The notes under the pieces: generated by a model
Seen by the model: only the letters and a program-made list of their open reading frames with translations
What the model was told of the DNA's origin: nothing
Database searches by the model: none
Assembly (NCBI GenBank): GCA_039193915.1
Contig: JBCCWH010000001.1
Location: forward strand, 7,668-71,667
From: Planctomycetota bacterium
GTDB lineage: Bacteria > Planctomycetota > Phycisphaerae > Phycisphaerales > Phycisphaeraceae
Direction: 5' to 3'
Length of the DNA: 64,000 nt
Program-made: the position numbers and the translations under genes
In this document: positions 47,817 to 57,642 of the stretch, piece after piece
Layout: each line of letters begins with the position of its first letter
How positions within the stretch are numbered: the stretch's first letter is position 1

Positions 47817-49079
47817 ATGCCCCTCACCGATACTCTCGCCTACCTCACGCCCGACCTGCCCGGGGTCGGCGGCGTGCTCAAAGAACGGCCCGACGACTTC
47901 CTCGTCGAGGAGCAGCCGCTGTACGAACCCTCCGGCGAGGGCGAGCACCTATACCTCTACATCGAGAAGCGGGGGTTCACGACGACCGAGGCCGTTCGGC
48001 GGATCGCCGCAGCGTTCAAGACCCAGCGGCGCAACCTCGGCTACGCGGGGCTCAAGGACAAGCATGCCGTCACCCGCCAGCACATCTCCGTCTGGCTGCC
48101 GGGTGTGCCCGACGCCGTCGTCGCCGAGTCGCTCGAACGCCTGCGCGAGAACACGAAGCTCAACGTCCTCTGGGCCGAGCGCCACGGCAACAAGCTCCGC
48201 CGCGGCCACCACGGCGGCAACCGGTTCGTTCTCCGCCTGCGAAACGTCGAACCCACCCACGTCGTCCGCGCTAAAGCGATCCTCGACGCGCTCGAACAGC
48301 GCGGCGTCCCCAACTATGTCGGCGAGCAACGCTTCGGCTACCGCCAGAACTCGCACGTCCTCGGCCGGCTGCTGCTGCAAAACGAATACGCCGCGTTCCT
48401 CGACGCCATGCTCGGCTCGGACTACGCCACCGAGTCCCCCTACATCGTCGAAGGCCGGGCCCACTACCGCGCAGGTGACTACCAAGCCGCGCTCGACGTC
48501 TGGCCCAAGACACTGCGCTACGATCGCCAGGCGCTCGACGCGCTACGTCAAGGCAAGCCCCCGGAAGAAGCGGTGCGGTGTATCGACAAGGCGCAGTGCG
48601 CGTTTCTCATCTCGGCATGGCAGTCGGCGGTGTTCAACGATGTCCTTGATGCGCGTGTCCGAGCCGGGACATTCGACAAACTACTTCCGGGGGACCTGGC
48701 GTGGAAGCACGGCAACCGCTCGGTCTTCGCGGTCGATGAAGCGACGGCGAAGCAGGAGAACGGGGCCGACGGCCGGGTCCCGCGCGGCGACGTCTCGCCC
48801 AGCGGCCCCAACTGGGGCGGCAACATGACCCAGGCCACCGGCACCCCCGGCGAAATGGAACACGCCGCGCTCGAGCGCACCGGCATCACCGTAGCGCAGC
48901 TCGCCAAAGTCGAGGGCGGCCGCCGACCAATGCGCATCATGCTCAAGCACCCCGAAGTCGCCGCCGGCGTCGACGAGCACGGCCCATACATCAAGGCCAG
49001 CTTCGAACTCACCCGCGGCGCCTACGCGACGATGGTCATGCGCGAGGTGATGAAGGCGGAGGCCAACCCCCACAACTGA
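47817..49079 (+). CDS. truD: tRNA pseudouridine(13) synthase
   Basis: PDDFLVEE, GEGEH, GYAGLKDKHAVTRQ, GVPNYVGEQRFG, FELTRGAYAT. Confidence 0.96.
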   Translation: MPLTDTLAYLTPDLPGVGGVLKERPDDFLVEEQPLYEPSGEGEHLYLYIEKRGFTTTEAVRRIAAAFKTQRRNLGYAGLKDKHAVTRQHISVWLPGVPDAVVAESLERLRENTKLNVLWAERHGNKLRRGHHGGNRFVLRLRNVEPTHVVRAKAILDALEQRGVPNYVGEQRFGYRQNSHVLGRLLLQNEYAAFLDAMLGSDYATESPYIVEGRAHYRAGDYQAALDVWPKTLRYDRQALDALRQGKPPEEAVRCIDKAQCAFLISAWQSAVFNDVLDARVRAGTFDKLLPGDLAWKHGNRSVFAVDEATAKQENGADGRVPRGDVSPSGPNWGGNMTQATGTPGEMEHAALERTGITVAQLAKVEGGRRPMRIMLKHPEVAAGVDEHGPYIKASFELTRGAYATMVMREVMKAEANPHN

Positions 49080-49119
49080 AACGCGACACCCCTTAGCCGG
49101 CGGCCTGCGGACGCCGGTC

Positions 49120-50430
49120 TCACGGCTCCACGATCGCGGGGGGCGTGTGCACCTCCATGATGTAGCCCCCCGACCGGCGGATCAGTACGTCCAGGTCTTG
49201 GATGCGCTGCCGGGCTTCATCGCGTCGCAACTCAAACTGGTCGAGCTCACGCTGTATGGTTTCGAACTCCGCAGCCGCCGCCTCGAGGGCTTCCAGACGG
49301 GCTCGGAGTGCTTCGATCCGTGGGGCGAACAAGACGGACTGCTCCCGATAGACTGCTGCGGACTGTGCCGCCGCCTCCACCTTCGCGTTGTACAGATCGC
49401 GGACTTGGTTGTCGAACTCGGTCAGGCGCTCACTCTCCAAGGCCTGGATCTGAACAGTGATCTCCTCGACCTGCGGGTCCATCTCGTCCAGCCCGCCATC
49501 GAGCAAGACCTCGCGCGAGACCCGGAGCTGACGTATCTGCGCATCGATCTGCTGGATCGGCAGCGACAGACTGATCATTTGGACTTCGTCCGGAGAGGGT
49601 TCGTACGGCTCCGCGTTTCGCGCGAGCAGTGCGCGGTGGGCCGCCTCCGCGGCAACCAAAAACGCATCGATCTCACGCTTCTTGGCATCGAGGAACAGAA
49701 GTTCCCGCGTCGCGGCGTCGATGCGATCGGCCGTCTCCCCGGCTGGCTGGTCGGTCAGGTGACGGCGTATCCGTGCCTCTATGTTCTGGATGTCCGCCTC
49801 GATCGCTTCGAGTTGCCGCTGGAACGCCTCGCGGTCCGTGAAGCATCGCGACTCGGCCCGCGAATCCACCGCTTGCAGGTAGACCCCGATCCATGCCTGA
49901 AGGATGGCCAACGCATCTTCGCCGGATTCCGTCGTCGCGGACACGCGGACCAGCGTGGTGCCTTCAACATGCACGGCCTCGAGTACGTGGTCCAGCATCA
50001 CGCCATTTGCGGTGGTTTGGTCCACCTGCCCTTGGTACCAGCCGGTCTGCCGGACCGCCTCGGTATCGAGCAGACGCTGGATCGTCAGGTCGGACTGGAG
50101 GTGGTGGCACTCGGTGAGGACCATAGGCAACATCGACCCGGCACTGGGTTGTTCGGTCTGCCTAAGTTCTCCTGCAGAATCCGAGGGCTCGATACGTGAG
50201 AGCTGCAAGGTCGCTGCGGCGGTGACGAGGGTCGGCCCCTCTTCCTCGACATCCTCGCCCGGCTGCAGGTCGGGCGCCTGGGGCTCCGCTGACGGGGACG
50301 CGGGGGCATCTGGCGTGGCCTCGCCTTGCGAGGGAGACGACTGACCGCACCCTGGCAACCCGACCCCGAGCATCATGACCAGCACGACCCCGAACAGGGC
50401 ATGTGAAACCTGTGAAATGGATGCCGACAT
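49120..50430 (-). CDS. Lipoprotein homologous to the periplasmic domain of the Wzc-like protein at 37681
   Basis: LPGC lipobox; near-identical blocks such as AFQRQ, IQQIDA, RQLRV and LDVLIRR(S/A)GG; no second TM and no kinase domain. Confidence 0.85.
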   Translation of the reverse strand: MSASISQVSHALFGVVLVMMLGVGLPGCGQSSPSQGEATPDAPASPSAEPQAPDLQPGEDVEEEGPTLVTAAATLQLSRIEPSDSAGELRQTEQPSAGSMLPMVLTECHHLQSDLTIQRLLDTEAVRQTGWYQGQVDQTTANGVMLDHVLEAVHVEGTTLVRVSATTESGEDALAILQAWIGVYLQAVDSRAESRCFTDREAFQRQLEAIEADIQNIEARIRRHLTDQPAGETADRIDAATRELLFLDAKKREIDAFLVAAEAAHRALLARNAEPYEPSPDEVQMISLSLPIQQIDAQIRQLRVSREVLLDGGLDEMDPQVEEITVQIQALESERLTEFDNQVRDLYNAKVEAAAQSAAVYREQSVLFAPRIEALRARLEALEAAAAEFETIQRELDQFELRRDEARQRIQDLDVLIRRSGGYIMEVHTPPAIVEP

Positions 50431-50721
50431 AGGTGCCTCCGATCAGAAACCCCTGCGACGACAGGATAGCACACACCGGTTTCAGCCCAGCGGGTGGGGA
50501 GTCCGGCGATGGCAGGGCGATCGCACCTGGCTGTTCGCAACCGCCGGGCCACGCCCGGGGGCCATGCATCAGGCGAATGGGGGGCCGCCCCCGCGTGGTG
50601 ACGCGGCGGTTTCTACCCGATGCGATGGCCCTGACGGCGATGGCGATCGCTGGGCTTTATCTGCGGGTTTTGGCTATAATCCCGGGCTCGATTGAACCCC
50701 CACGCAGCGGAGCCAGCAACG

Positions 50722-51276
50722 ATGAAAGCCAACGACCTCAAGCCCGGGAAGGCGATTGTTCAGGACGGGCAGGTCTGGATCGTGACCAAGACCGAGCACG
50801 TCAAGCCCGGCAAGGGCGGCGCGTTTGTGCAGGCCAAGGTTAAGTCGATGAAGACCGGCAGCGTGCAGGAAAAACGGTTCCGCTCGTCGGACGATGTCGA
50901 CGGGATCAACCTCGACCGTCGGGAGATGGAGTACCTCTACTCCGACGGCAGCGGCGCGATCTTCATGGACTGCGAGACGTTCGACCAGGTGACGCTGCCC
51001 GAGGACGTGCTGGGCGATGCGCTCAAGTACTGCAAGCCCAACGAGAAGATCAACGGGCTGCACCACGACGGCCAGTGCCTGTCGATCGAGCTGCCGCAGA
51101 CGGTGGAGCTCGAGGTGACCGACGCCCCGCCGGGCGTGAAGAACGCGACGGCGACGAGCGTAATGAAAGAGGCCCAGACCGAGACCGGGCTGGTCGTGAA
51201 GGTGCCCGAGTTCATCAACATCGGTGACCGGATCCGTGTGAACACGGAGTCGGGCGAGTACCAGTCCCGGGCGTAG
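50722..51276 (+). CDS. efp: Elongation factor P
   Basis: HVKPGKGGAFVQ, YLYSDG..FMDCETFDQ, ETGLVVKVPEFI..RVNTESGEYQSR. Confidence 0.97.
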   Translation: MKANDLKPGKAIVQDGQVWIVTKTEHVKPGKGGAFVQAKVKSMKTGSVQEKRFRSSDDVDGINLDRREMEYLYSDGSGAIFMDCETFDQVTLPEDVLGDALKYCKPNEKINGLHHDGQCLSIELPQTVELEVTDAPPGVKNATATSVMKEAQTETGLVVKVPEFINIGDRIRVNTESGEYQSRA

Positions 51277-51509
51277 GCGGGTTTTTGGGCTGTTTCTGTT
51301 TCTAGAGCAACCCGGCCATGCCATGGCCGGGCTTTATGAGATGCCTTCTAGCCGGGTTTTCAACGGGAATCGCACATCTGCGGCCTAAACCGGGGGTTGT
51401 TCCGGGGCAGGCGATGAGTCGCGGCCCGGGCTGCTATGATGCCCGAGCTAAAGCCGTAGTGGGGTTTAGTTGGGCAAGCGAAATTGATGGGGGCAAGAGG
51501 GTGTCGCAC

Positions 51510-52376
51510 ATGCTGCCACGCCGCAGTTTGAGTTTTTCGTTGGCGGGTTTGCTCGCGGTGGCTGCGTTGCAGCCGGGCTGTGTGGTGCGCGACCGGGTGG
51601 TGATCGTCCCGTGGGACTGGTCAGACCGGCCGGCGGAGGACGACACCAATCCCGACCCGCAGCGCCCCGGCGGCCGCGTCGGCACCAACGCCGTACTGTC
51701 GGACACACCCCGCCCGGTCCCGACGGAGGACGAGGCGGGCGCCCCCGGTATTGAGCCGAAGCCCGACGCCATAGCCGAAACAACGGGCGATACCGACGCG
51801 CCGCAGGAGCCGGACGCCGCCGCGAGCGATGATGCCGCCGCGCAGACCGCGCCCGACACCGATCAAGCGACCCAAGACGAGGCCGACAGCCCCGCCGTGC
51901 CCGAGCCCGAAACTGCTGCGGCCACGACGCTGGACCCGCCCCTTCACCCGGCCTGGGCCGAGGACAGCGACTACAACCGACGATACATCGCGGGGTCAGA
52001 CCCGGCGACGGCCTCGGGCGAGATCGAAGCGGTGGGCACATTCGTCCCGGCCGAAGGCGCTTCCCCGGGGCTGCTGTTGACGCTGAACAGCGGGGGCACC
52101 ACGGTGGATATCCACGTCGCGCCGCTGCGCTACCTGCGAGCGCTCGAGCTGCGATTCGACTTCGGCGAGTCGCTGACCGTCACCGGCCGATGGGCCAACA
52201 TCGACGGCAAGCGCGTCCTGCTCGCGCAGTCGATCACGCGCGGCGAATCCGAAATCGTCGTGCGTGACCCGCAAACCGGTCGGCCGGCGTGGGTCGACCC
52301 GCTGCCCAACGAGGGCGACGTGGAAGCTGCCCCCCTTCCCGCCGATGACTCGACCCACGACGCGCCGACGGCTTGA
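51510..52376 (+). CDS. Putative lipoprotein with a low-complexity linker and OB-fold-like C-terminal domain
   Basis: LQPGC lipobox; acidic linker; VDIHVAP..GESLTVTG..LLAQSI..VRDPQTGRPAW. Confidence 0.7.
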   Translation: MLPRRSLSFSLAGLLAVAALQPGCVVRDRVVIVPWDWSDRPAEDDTNPDPQRPGGRVGTNAVLSDTPRPVPTEDEAGAPGIEPKPDAIAETTGDTDAPQEPDAAASDDAAAQTAPDTDQATQDEADSPAVPEPETAAATTLDPPLHPAWAEDSDYNRRYIAGSDPATASGEIEAVGTFVPAEGASPGLLLTLNSGGTTVDIHVAPLRYLRALELRFDFGESLTVTGRWANIDGKRVLLAQSITRGESEIVVRDPQTGRPAWVDPLPNEGDVEAAPLPADDSTHDAPTA

Positions 52377-52524
52377 TGCCCTTCATCCAACCATCGTTAG
52401 CCGAGCCGCACCCTCCCTGCCCAGGCTCTGGTTTTTCTCAGTGATTGAAGTAAAAACCGACCCGCCACGATGAAGTGACGAGCCGGCAGTGGGGGCGAAA
52501 TCCAAGGAGGTGAAACGCCGAGGT

Positions 52525-52863
52525 TTACTCGGGGGCTTCTTCGGAGACGCCGCGGACGTTGACGGCCAGGCCGTTGGCGTGCTCAACGGTGACCGAGCGT
52601 TCTGCGATGAGGACGGCCTCGGCGGTCGAGGTCTCGCCGTCGAGGGTGAACGACGTGTCTTCGTTCCAGTCCACGTCGATCTGTTCGAGGGGGGCGACTT
52701 CGAGGGTGAACTGCCAATTGTCGGCATCCACCGACAGGACCTTGCCGCTGGTGATGGCGAGGTCTTCTTCGATCACCGGGGCTGGGCCGTCGGCGAGGAC
52801 GATCGCGGTGCCGAAGACGGGGGTGACGCCGAGGGCGACAATGAGAGCGGTCTGCTTGAACAT
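52525..52863 (-). CDS. Small exported beta-barrel protein (DUF5666-like)
   Basis: Signal peptide; SGKVLSVDA..FTL..NEDTSFTLDG..VTVEH. Confidence 0.72.
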   Translation of the reverse strand: MFKQTALIVALGVTPVFGTAIVLADGPAPVIEEDLAITSGKVLSVDADNWQFTLEVAPLEQIDVDWNEDTSFTLDGETSTAEAVLIAERSVTVEHANGLAVNVRGVSEEAPE

Positions 52864-53005
52864 AGGGGTGCCTTTCGTGGTGGGGTCTTGTGCCCCGGGT
52901 GTTTTCTATCCGCCGGTGGCACCACGCACGATGCCAGCGGTCGGCCGATACCGTCCTGCCCGGGCGAGAGCGCTCCAGACGGCATCGCTTCTTTCAACAC
53001 GAGAC

Positions 53006-53048
53006 ACCATACGGAGCGCGGATGAAGCGGCCCTAAAGACGGGATTAA
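53006..53048 (-). promoter_or_regulatory. OmpR/PhoB-type direct-repeat box with -10 element
   Basis: Minus strand TTAAT-N6-TTTAG-N6-TTCAT (11-bp period), then 10 nt, then TATGGT. Confidence 0.55.
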
Positions 53049-53073
53049 CGTCCGCTAATACGGGCCGGCCATA

Positions 53074-54603
53074 TCAGGAACCTGCGTTTTCTGCCGGCAA
53101 TACCGCGCTGAGCGTGACGGTGAATCGGCAGCCGCTGGGTGATAGGTTCTCGACACTGAGCCGACCGCCGTGGAGCTCGGCGACGGTGCGTGCGATCGAT
53201 AATCCCAGGCCGTGCCCGCGCGCGCTGTCGCTGGCGCGGGCCTGCGCGAAGCGGTCAAAGATGCGCCCGATCGCCTCGGGCGGGATGCCCGGGCCTTGGT
53301 CCTCGACGGCGACCCGGATGCACTCCGCGTTGTGCGCGGCCGACACATGCACGACCCCACCCGTCTTGGGCGAGTACGAGATCGCATTGCGGATCAGGTT
53401 CGAGACCATCGCCGTGACCAACTCGGGGTCGCCGAAGAACAACGCATCGTCGTCGGCCACGCTGTCTTCGGCAGCCGCATCGGCATCCATGTCGGTGCCC
53501 GCGCCCGTTGCATGGCCGGCCTCACCACCAAGCGTCAACTCAAGCGACACCCCTGCCTCCCGCGCGATGGGTTGGCATCCACTCACCGCCGCGACCACCG
53601 CGTCGTATGCCGAGGCCTCCTCGGCCTGGGCCATATCGCCCGTCGCCTCCGCCCGCGCAAGCGCGAGCATGCTCTCGACCAGCCGGCTGAGGTGACGCGC
53701 CTCTTCGCCAACGCTCGCTGCAAACTCCCGCGCATCCATCGACAAGTCCTTGCGGATCTGGACCACCTGCGCCTCGCTCGAAAGCACCGAGAGCGGCGTC
53801 TTCAATTCGTGCGACACGTCCTGGATAAACCGCTCGCGCGCCCGCAGCCCGTCCGCCACCCGCGCGAGCAGACGGTTGAGGTCGGCCGCAAGCCTGCGCA
53901 CCTCCGGGTCGGGCGTCGGCGGCACGATCGGCCTTTCACCCAGGTCATCCAGACCTACCGCGCGCACCGCGTCGGCGATCTGCCCCAGCCGAGACATCGC
54001 CCGCCCCGCCGCCAGCCACGACGCCGCGGCCGCCGCCAGCAGCGCCACCAGCAGCCCCGTCCACGCAAGACGGTTCATCAGCGACAACGGCTCACGCACC
54101 GGCCCAAGGTCCGACGCCACCTGCACCACAAACGGCTCGATCCCAGGCGAGGCGTGATGCAGCGTCGCCACACGGAACGGCTCCGCCGGCTCACCCGTCG
54201 TCCACTCCACCGACGACGTCTCCAGCATCGGCTCGCCTTCCATCCACGCCGCACCCGCGTCACTCAACGGCAGGTCGCGCCCCTCCAAACTCTCCGAACG
54301 TGCGATCGGCTCCCCCGACTCCGAACGCACCTGCACGTGGAAACCCCGGAAGTAAACCGTCCGCGACTCGGCCTGCGCCGCCTCCCCCAAAGACTCGATG
54401 GTAAACGGGTCCTCGCTCTGCACCAGCGCCGCCACCATCTGCCGCGCACGGTCCTGCAGTTCGCGGTCCAACTCGCCGCGCACCGAGGATCGAGCCACGC
54501 CGAGCCCGACCACGACCACCGCCGTGAAGACCAGACCAAACACAAGCAGGTACGCCGCAGTCAACTGGAACCGAAGCGAACGCAGATAGCCAGCCGCCCC
54601 CAA
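53074..54603 (-). CDS. Sensor histidine kinase (CusS/QseC-like)
   Basis: Two TM segments, FIQDVSHELKTPL, NLIRNAISYS, DQGPGI, IFDRF, GHGLGLSI. Confidence 0.93.
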   Translation of the reverse strand: MGAAGYLRSLRFQLTAAYLLVFGLVFTAVVVVGLGVARSSVRGELDRELQDRARQMVAALVQSEDPFTIESLGEAAQAESRTVYFRGFHVQVRSESGEPIARSESLEGRDLPLSDAGAAWMEGEPMLETSSVEWTTGEPAEPFRVATLHHASPGIEPFVVQVASDLGPVREPLSLMNRLAWTGLLVALLAAAAASWLAAGRAMSRLGQIADAVRAVGLDDLGERPIVPPTPDPEVRRLAADLNRLLARVADGLRARERFIQDVSHELKTPLSVLSSEAQVVQIRKDLSMDAREFAASVGEEARHLSRLVESMLALARAEATGDMAQAEEASAYDAVVAAVSGCQPIAREAGVSLELTLGGEAGHATGAGTDMDADAAAEDSVADDDALFFGDPELVTAMVSNLIRNAISYSPKTGGVVHVSAAHNAECIRVAVEDQGPGIPPEAIGRIFDRFAQARASDSARGHGLGLSIARTVAELHGGRLSVENLSPSGCRFTVTLSAVLPAENAGS

Positions 54604-54605
54604 CG

Positions 54606-55292
54606 CTACGCCCCGCCTTCCATCGGCGAGCCAAACCGATACCCCGCGCCGACCACCGTGTGGATCAGCCGAGTACCGAACGGCTTGTCGACCTTCTTAC
54701 GCAAAGCCGACACGTACACATCGATCACGTTGCTGAACGGGTCCAGGTTCATGTCCCACACGTGCGAACCGATATCCGCACGCGTCAGCACGCGGTCGGG
54801 GTTGCGCATGAAGTACTCGAGCAGCGCGAACTGCTTCTGCGTCAGCTTGATCGGCTGGCCGTCGCGCGAGGCGACGCGTTTGCCCAGATGTAGCTCGAGC
54901 CCATCGCGCCGCAGCACCGCCGCGTCGACGTCCGTGCTCCGCCGCATCAACGCACGCAGCCGCGCCGCGAGTTCCTCAAACTCGAACGGCTTGACCAGGT
55001 AATCGTCCCCGCCCGCGTCGAGCCCATCGACCTTGTCCCGCGTACCCGACAGCGCGGTCAGCATCAGCACCGGCGACTTGATCCCCCGCCGACGCAGGTT
55101 CCGACACACCGCCAACCCGTCCTGCCCCGGCAGCATCACATCCAGCACGATCGCGTCGTAGGGCTCACTCGCCGCCTGCTCTTCCGCGTCGTGCCCATTG
55201 TCGCACGCATCCACAACAAACCCGTGCTCCTCAAGCCCCCGCTTGAGCGCCGCGTTCATCTTCGGGCTGTCTTCAACAACAAGTACACGCAT
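54606..55292 (-). CDS. OmpR-family response regulator
   Basis: MRVLVVED, LDVMLPG, GLDAGGDDYLVKPF, SNVIDVYV..LIHTVVGAGY. Confidence 0.95.
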   Translation of the reverse strand: MRVLVVEDSPKMNAALKRGLEEHGFVVDACDNGHDAEEQAASEPYDAIVLDVMLPGQDGLAVCRNLRRRGIKSPVLMLTALSGTRDKVDGLDAGGDDYLVKPFEFEELAARLRALMRRSTDVDAAVLRRDGLELHLGKRVASRDGQPIKLTQKQFALLEYFMRNPDRVLTRADIGSHVWDMNLDPFSNVIDVYVSALRKKVDKPFGTRLIHTVVGAGYRFGSPMEGGA

Positions 55293-55342
55293 CGGGGCAT
55301 TGTACCCCAAGCAATCCGTGGACCCGCCGGACACCCAACGGC

Positions 55343-55477
55343 CTAGGTTATGTCTGACGGCTCTACTTGGTGGCCGGGGTTGAGCGCAGCGAACCCCCGG
55401 AACGACGACCCCACCCGTTCCGGGGGCAGGCGGTGCCTGACCCCGGCCACCAGGTAGAGCCGTCAGGCACAAGCTAG
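55343..55477. mobile_element. CTAG-bounded MITE/REPIN-like element (copy of 22831-22974)
   Basis: ctaggttatgtctgacggctc...gagccgtcaggcacaagctag with inner gtggccggggt...accccggccac doublet. Confidence 0.8.
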
Positions 55478-57369
55478 AGGTCCGAGCCCCCGGCCTGCTC
55501 GGCGTCGTGCTCATGCCCCTTGTACAGCTCAACCGGCTTATACCCGCCGATGCTGCGGAAGTACAACGCGATGGCGATGAAGCTCACCACCAAGATCGCG
55601 GGGAAGATCGCCGCGAACTTCAGCACATCACGCCCGGCGGCGACCTGCAGCTTCCCGTGCGTCGCCATCGCATCGGTGTAGGCCGCCAGCCCGTCCCGGC
55701 TCGCCTCGGGCATCGCGTCTTCAAGGGCCTCCAAAGCCGCTTCCTTTTCGGCCTTTTCTTCGAGATCAGCCACCGCGCTGTTGCGAGCAAGAACGTACGT
55801 GTTTACCGCGGCGAGGTCTGCCTGGCTGATACCCAACTCGGCCCATTGCTCAGCGACTGCCGGATCGGCCGCCTGCTCGTCAAGCCCCGCATTCATCTTG
55901 GCGACAGACGCGACCAGCTTTTCATCCGCCTCAACCCTCGGCTCCAGCGCCGCGATAATCGCCTCACCCTCACCCGCGACTTGTTGAGCGCCATAGAGCC
56001 CGAGTCGGTCGGCCTTGATGATCGTATTGGTCATCCATAGGTACGAGGATTCGCCCTGCGTAACCTCAACAACTTCAGGGGCAAGCGCTTCCTCCGCCTG
56101 GCTGTAGATCGACTTGTCGCTTGCAACACCCAGGATCGGCGTGCCCACCATGCCCAGCGAAAGCAAAGCAAGCGCAGAGACGAGGTTGAGCGTCAGGGCA
56201 CCGCCCTTGGGGTACTGCTCGGAGACAAAGCCGAGGATGCAGGGCCAGTAGTACGTCTGCCCGATCGCGTAGATCAGGAAGGCGACGAAGATCGCGATGC
56301 CCGCCGCATTCGCGCCAAGCCAATACAGGCCCACGGCTGAAAGGACGCCGCTGGTCGCCATGAGCATCGGTGGGTTGAAGACCTTCAAGATCCCACCCGC
56401 AAAGGTCCGCAGCAGGAACATCACACCGGCAGAAAACACAATCGCCCAGGCGGCATCGATCTTGTAGTCCGCCAAGACCGGAGTCATCAGAGGTTTGATC
56501 CAGTTGTCGGTCGACAGTTCAGCCGTCGCGACGGGGATCATGAGCAAGCAGAGCAGGAAGAACAGGGGCTTGCCCAGCGACTTGACGTACAGGCCAAACG
56601 CCGCGCCGATTGCGAGACCGATGCCGAGGCTGATGAAGAAGAAACTGCCGCCACCGGGAAGCTTGAAGAGGCCGAAGACACCGGAGAGCACCTCGCCGCC
56701 GATCTGGTAGACCAGCATGAACGAGGCGAGGGTCATGCCCATGAAGCCGACCTCTTTGAGCATATCCATAAAGGGGACGCCGGCTCTAACACGCTCGTCG
56801 ACCGGAAACCGGCAGGGGACGAACATCAGCCCGTAGATCGCGGCCGGGACGACGATCCAGAGCGCGTGGAACCGCCAGCCGACATCGGCGACGGCATCGG
56901 CACCGATGACCACGAGCGTGCCGCCGACCAAACCGGCGGGCCAGGCCGCGTGCAGGATGGTCAGCATCTTGGTCTTGGGATACACCGCGGCGCAGGCGGG
57001 GTTGATCACCGCTTCGATGATGCCGTGGCCCAAACCCGCGAGGATGGCGGTCGCCAGCAGCATCTCGTAGCTGTTCGCCATCGCCGTGCCGATGCCTGAT
57101 GCGATCTGCAGGACCGCGGCACAGAGCATGGGGATTTTGTAGCCGGTCTTATCGACGACCAAGCTAAAAAGAATCATCGTGATCGCGATCGGCCAGAAGC
57201 AGGACCCGGCGATGTTTCCGATCTGTTGGCCGGTCAGCTCAAACTCTTTGCCGTAGCCCTCAACCATGTAGGCAATGCGAAACGCGAAGCCCACACCACA
57301 CGCAGCCAACGAGAGGAAGCTAGCCCAAAAAAGAAGCCGCTTCTGAACTGCCGAGAGGTCCTGCGCCAT
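55474..57369 (-). CDS. MFS transporter, probable sugar permease, with a large extracytoplasmic insertion
   Basis: About 12 hydrophobic segments; GHGIIEAVINP, HAAWPAGLV, ELSTDNWI, C-terminal GGYKPV; divergent from xylA. Confidence 0.88.
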   Translation of the reverse strand: MAQDLSAVQKRLLFWASFLSLAACGVGFAFRIAYMVEGYGKEFELTGQQIGNIAGSCFWPIAITMILFSLVVDKTGYKIPMLCAAVLQIASGIGTAMANSYEMLLATAILAGLGHGIIEAVINPACAAVYPKTKMLTILHAAWPAGLVGGTLVVIGADAVADVGWRFHALWIVVPAAIYGLMFVPCRFPVDERVRAGVPFMDMLKEVGFMGMTLASFMLVYQIGGEVLSGVFGLFKLPGGGSFFFISLGIGLAIGAAFGLYVKSLGKPLFFLLCLLMIPVATAELSTDNWIKPLMTPVLADYKIDAAWAIVFSAGVMFLLRTFAGGILKVFNPPMLMATSGVLSAVGLYWLGANAAGIAIFVAFLIYAIGQTYYWPCILGFVSEQYPKGGALTLNLVSALALLSLGMVGTPILGVASDKSIYSQAEEALAPEVVEVTQGESSYLWMTNTIIKADRLGLYGAQQVAGEGEAIIAALEPRVEADEKLVASVAKMNAGLDEQAADPAVAEQWAELGISQADLAAVNTYVLARNSAVADLEEKAEKEAALEALEDAMPEASRDGLAAYTDAMATHGKLQVAAGRDVLKFAAIFPAILVVSFIAIALYFRSIGGYKPVELYKGHEHDAEQAGGSDL

Positions 57370-57642
57370 GGACGGGCTCCAAAGATTGCCGGGGGAATAG
57401 GGTGTGGCAAGGACAAAGTGTCCCGACCACGTGCATGCGTGAGTTGAGTCAATGCAAGAACGGCGATTCGCTACAATCGATCGGGAAGAATCTAAGCCCG
57501 GGCCTACGCGCTGTCAATCAAACAACGAACAGGACTTCGCCACAACACCGATCCTGTACGGACTCACAGGAAACCGAGAAACAAGTTCCACCTCGCCTAT
57601 CGCTCGCAACACACAACCTCAAACGAATCCCGGACACCGCCC

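Noticed and set aside
51895-51910. VPEP motif suggesting PEP-CTERM
   Set aside because: Internal position with no following TM helix or basic tail.
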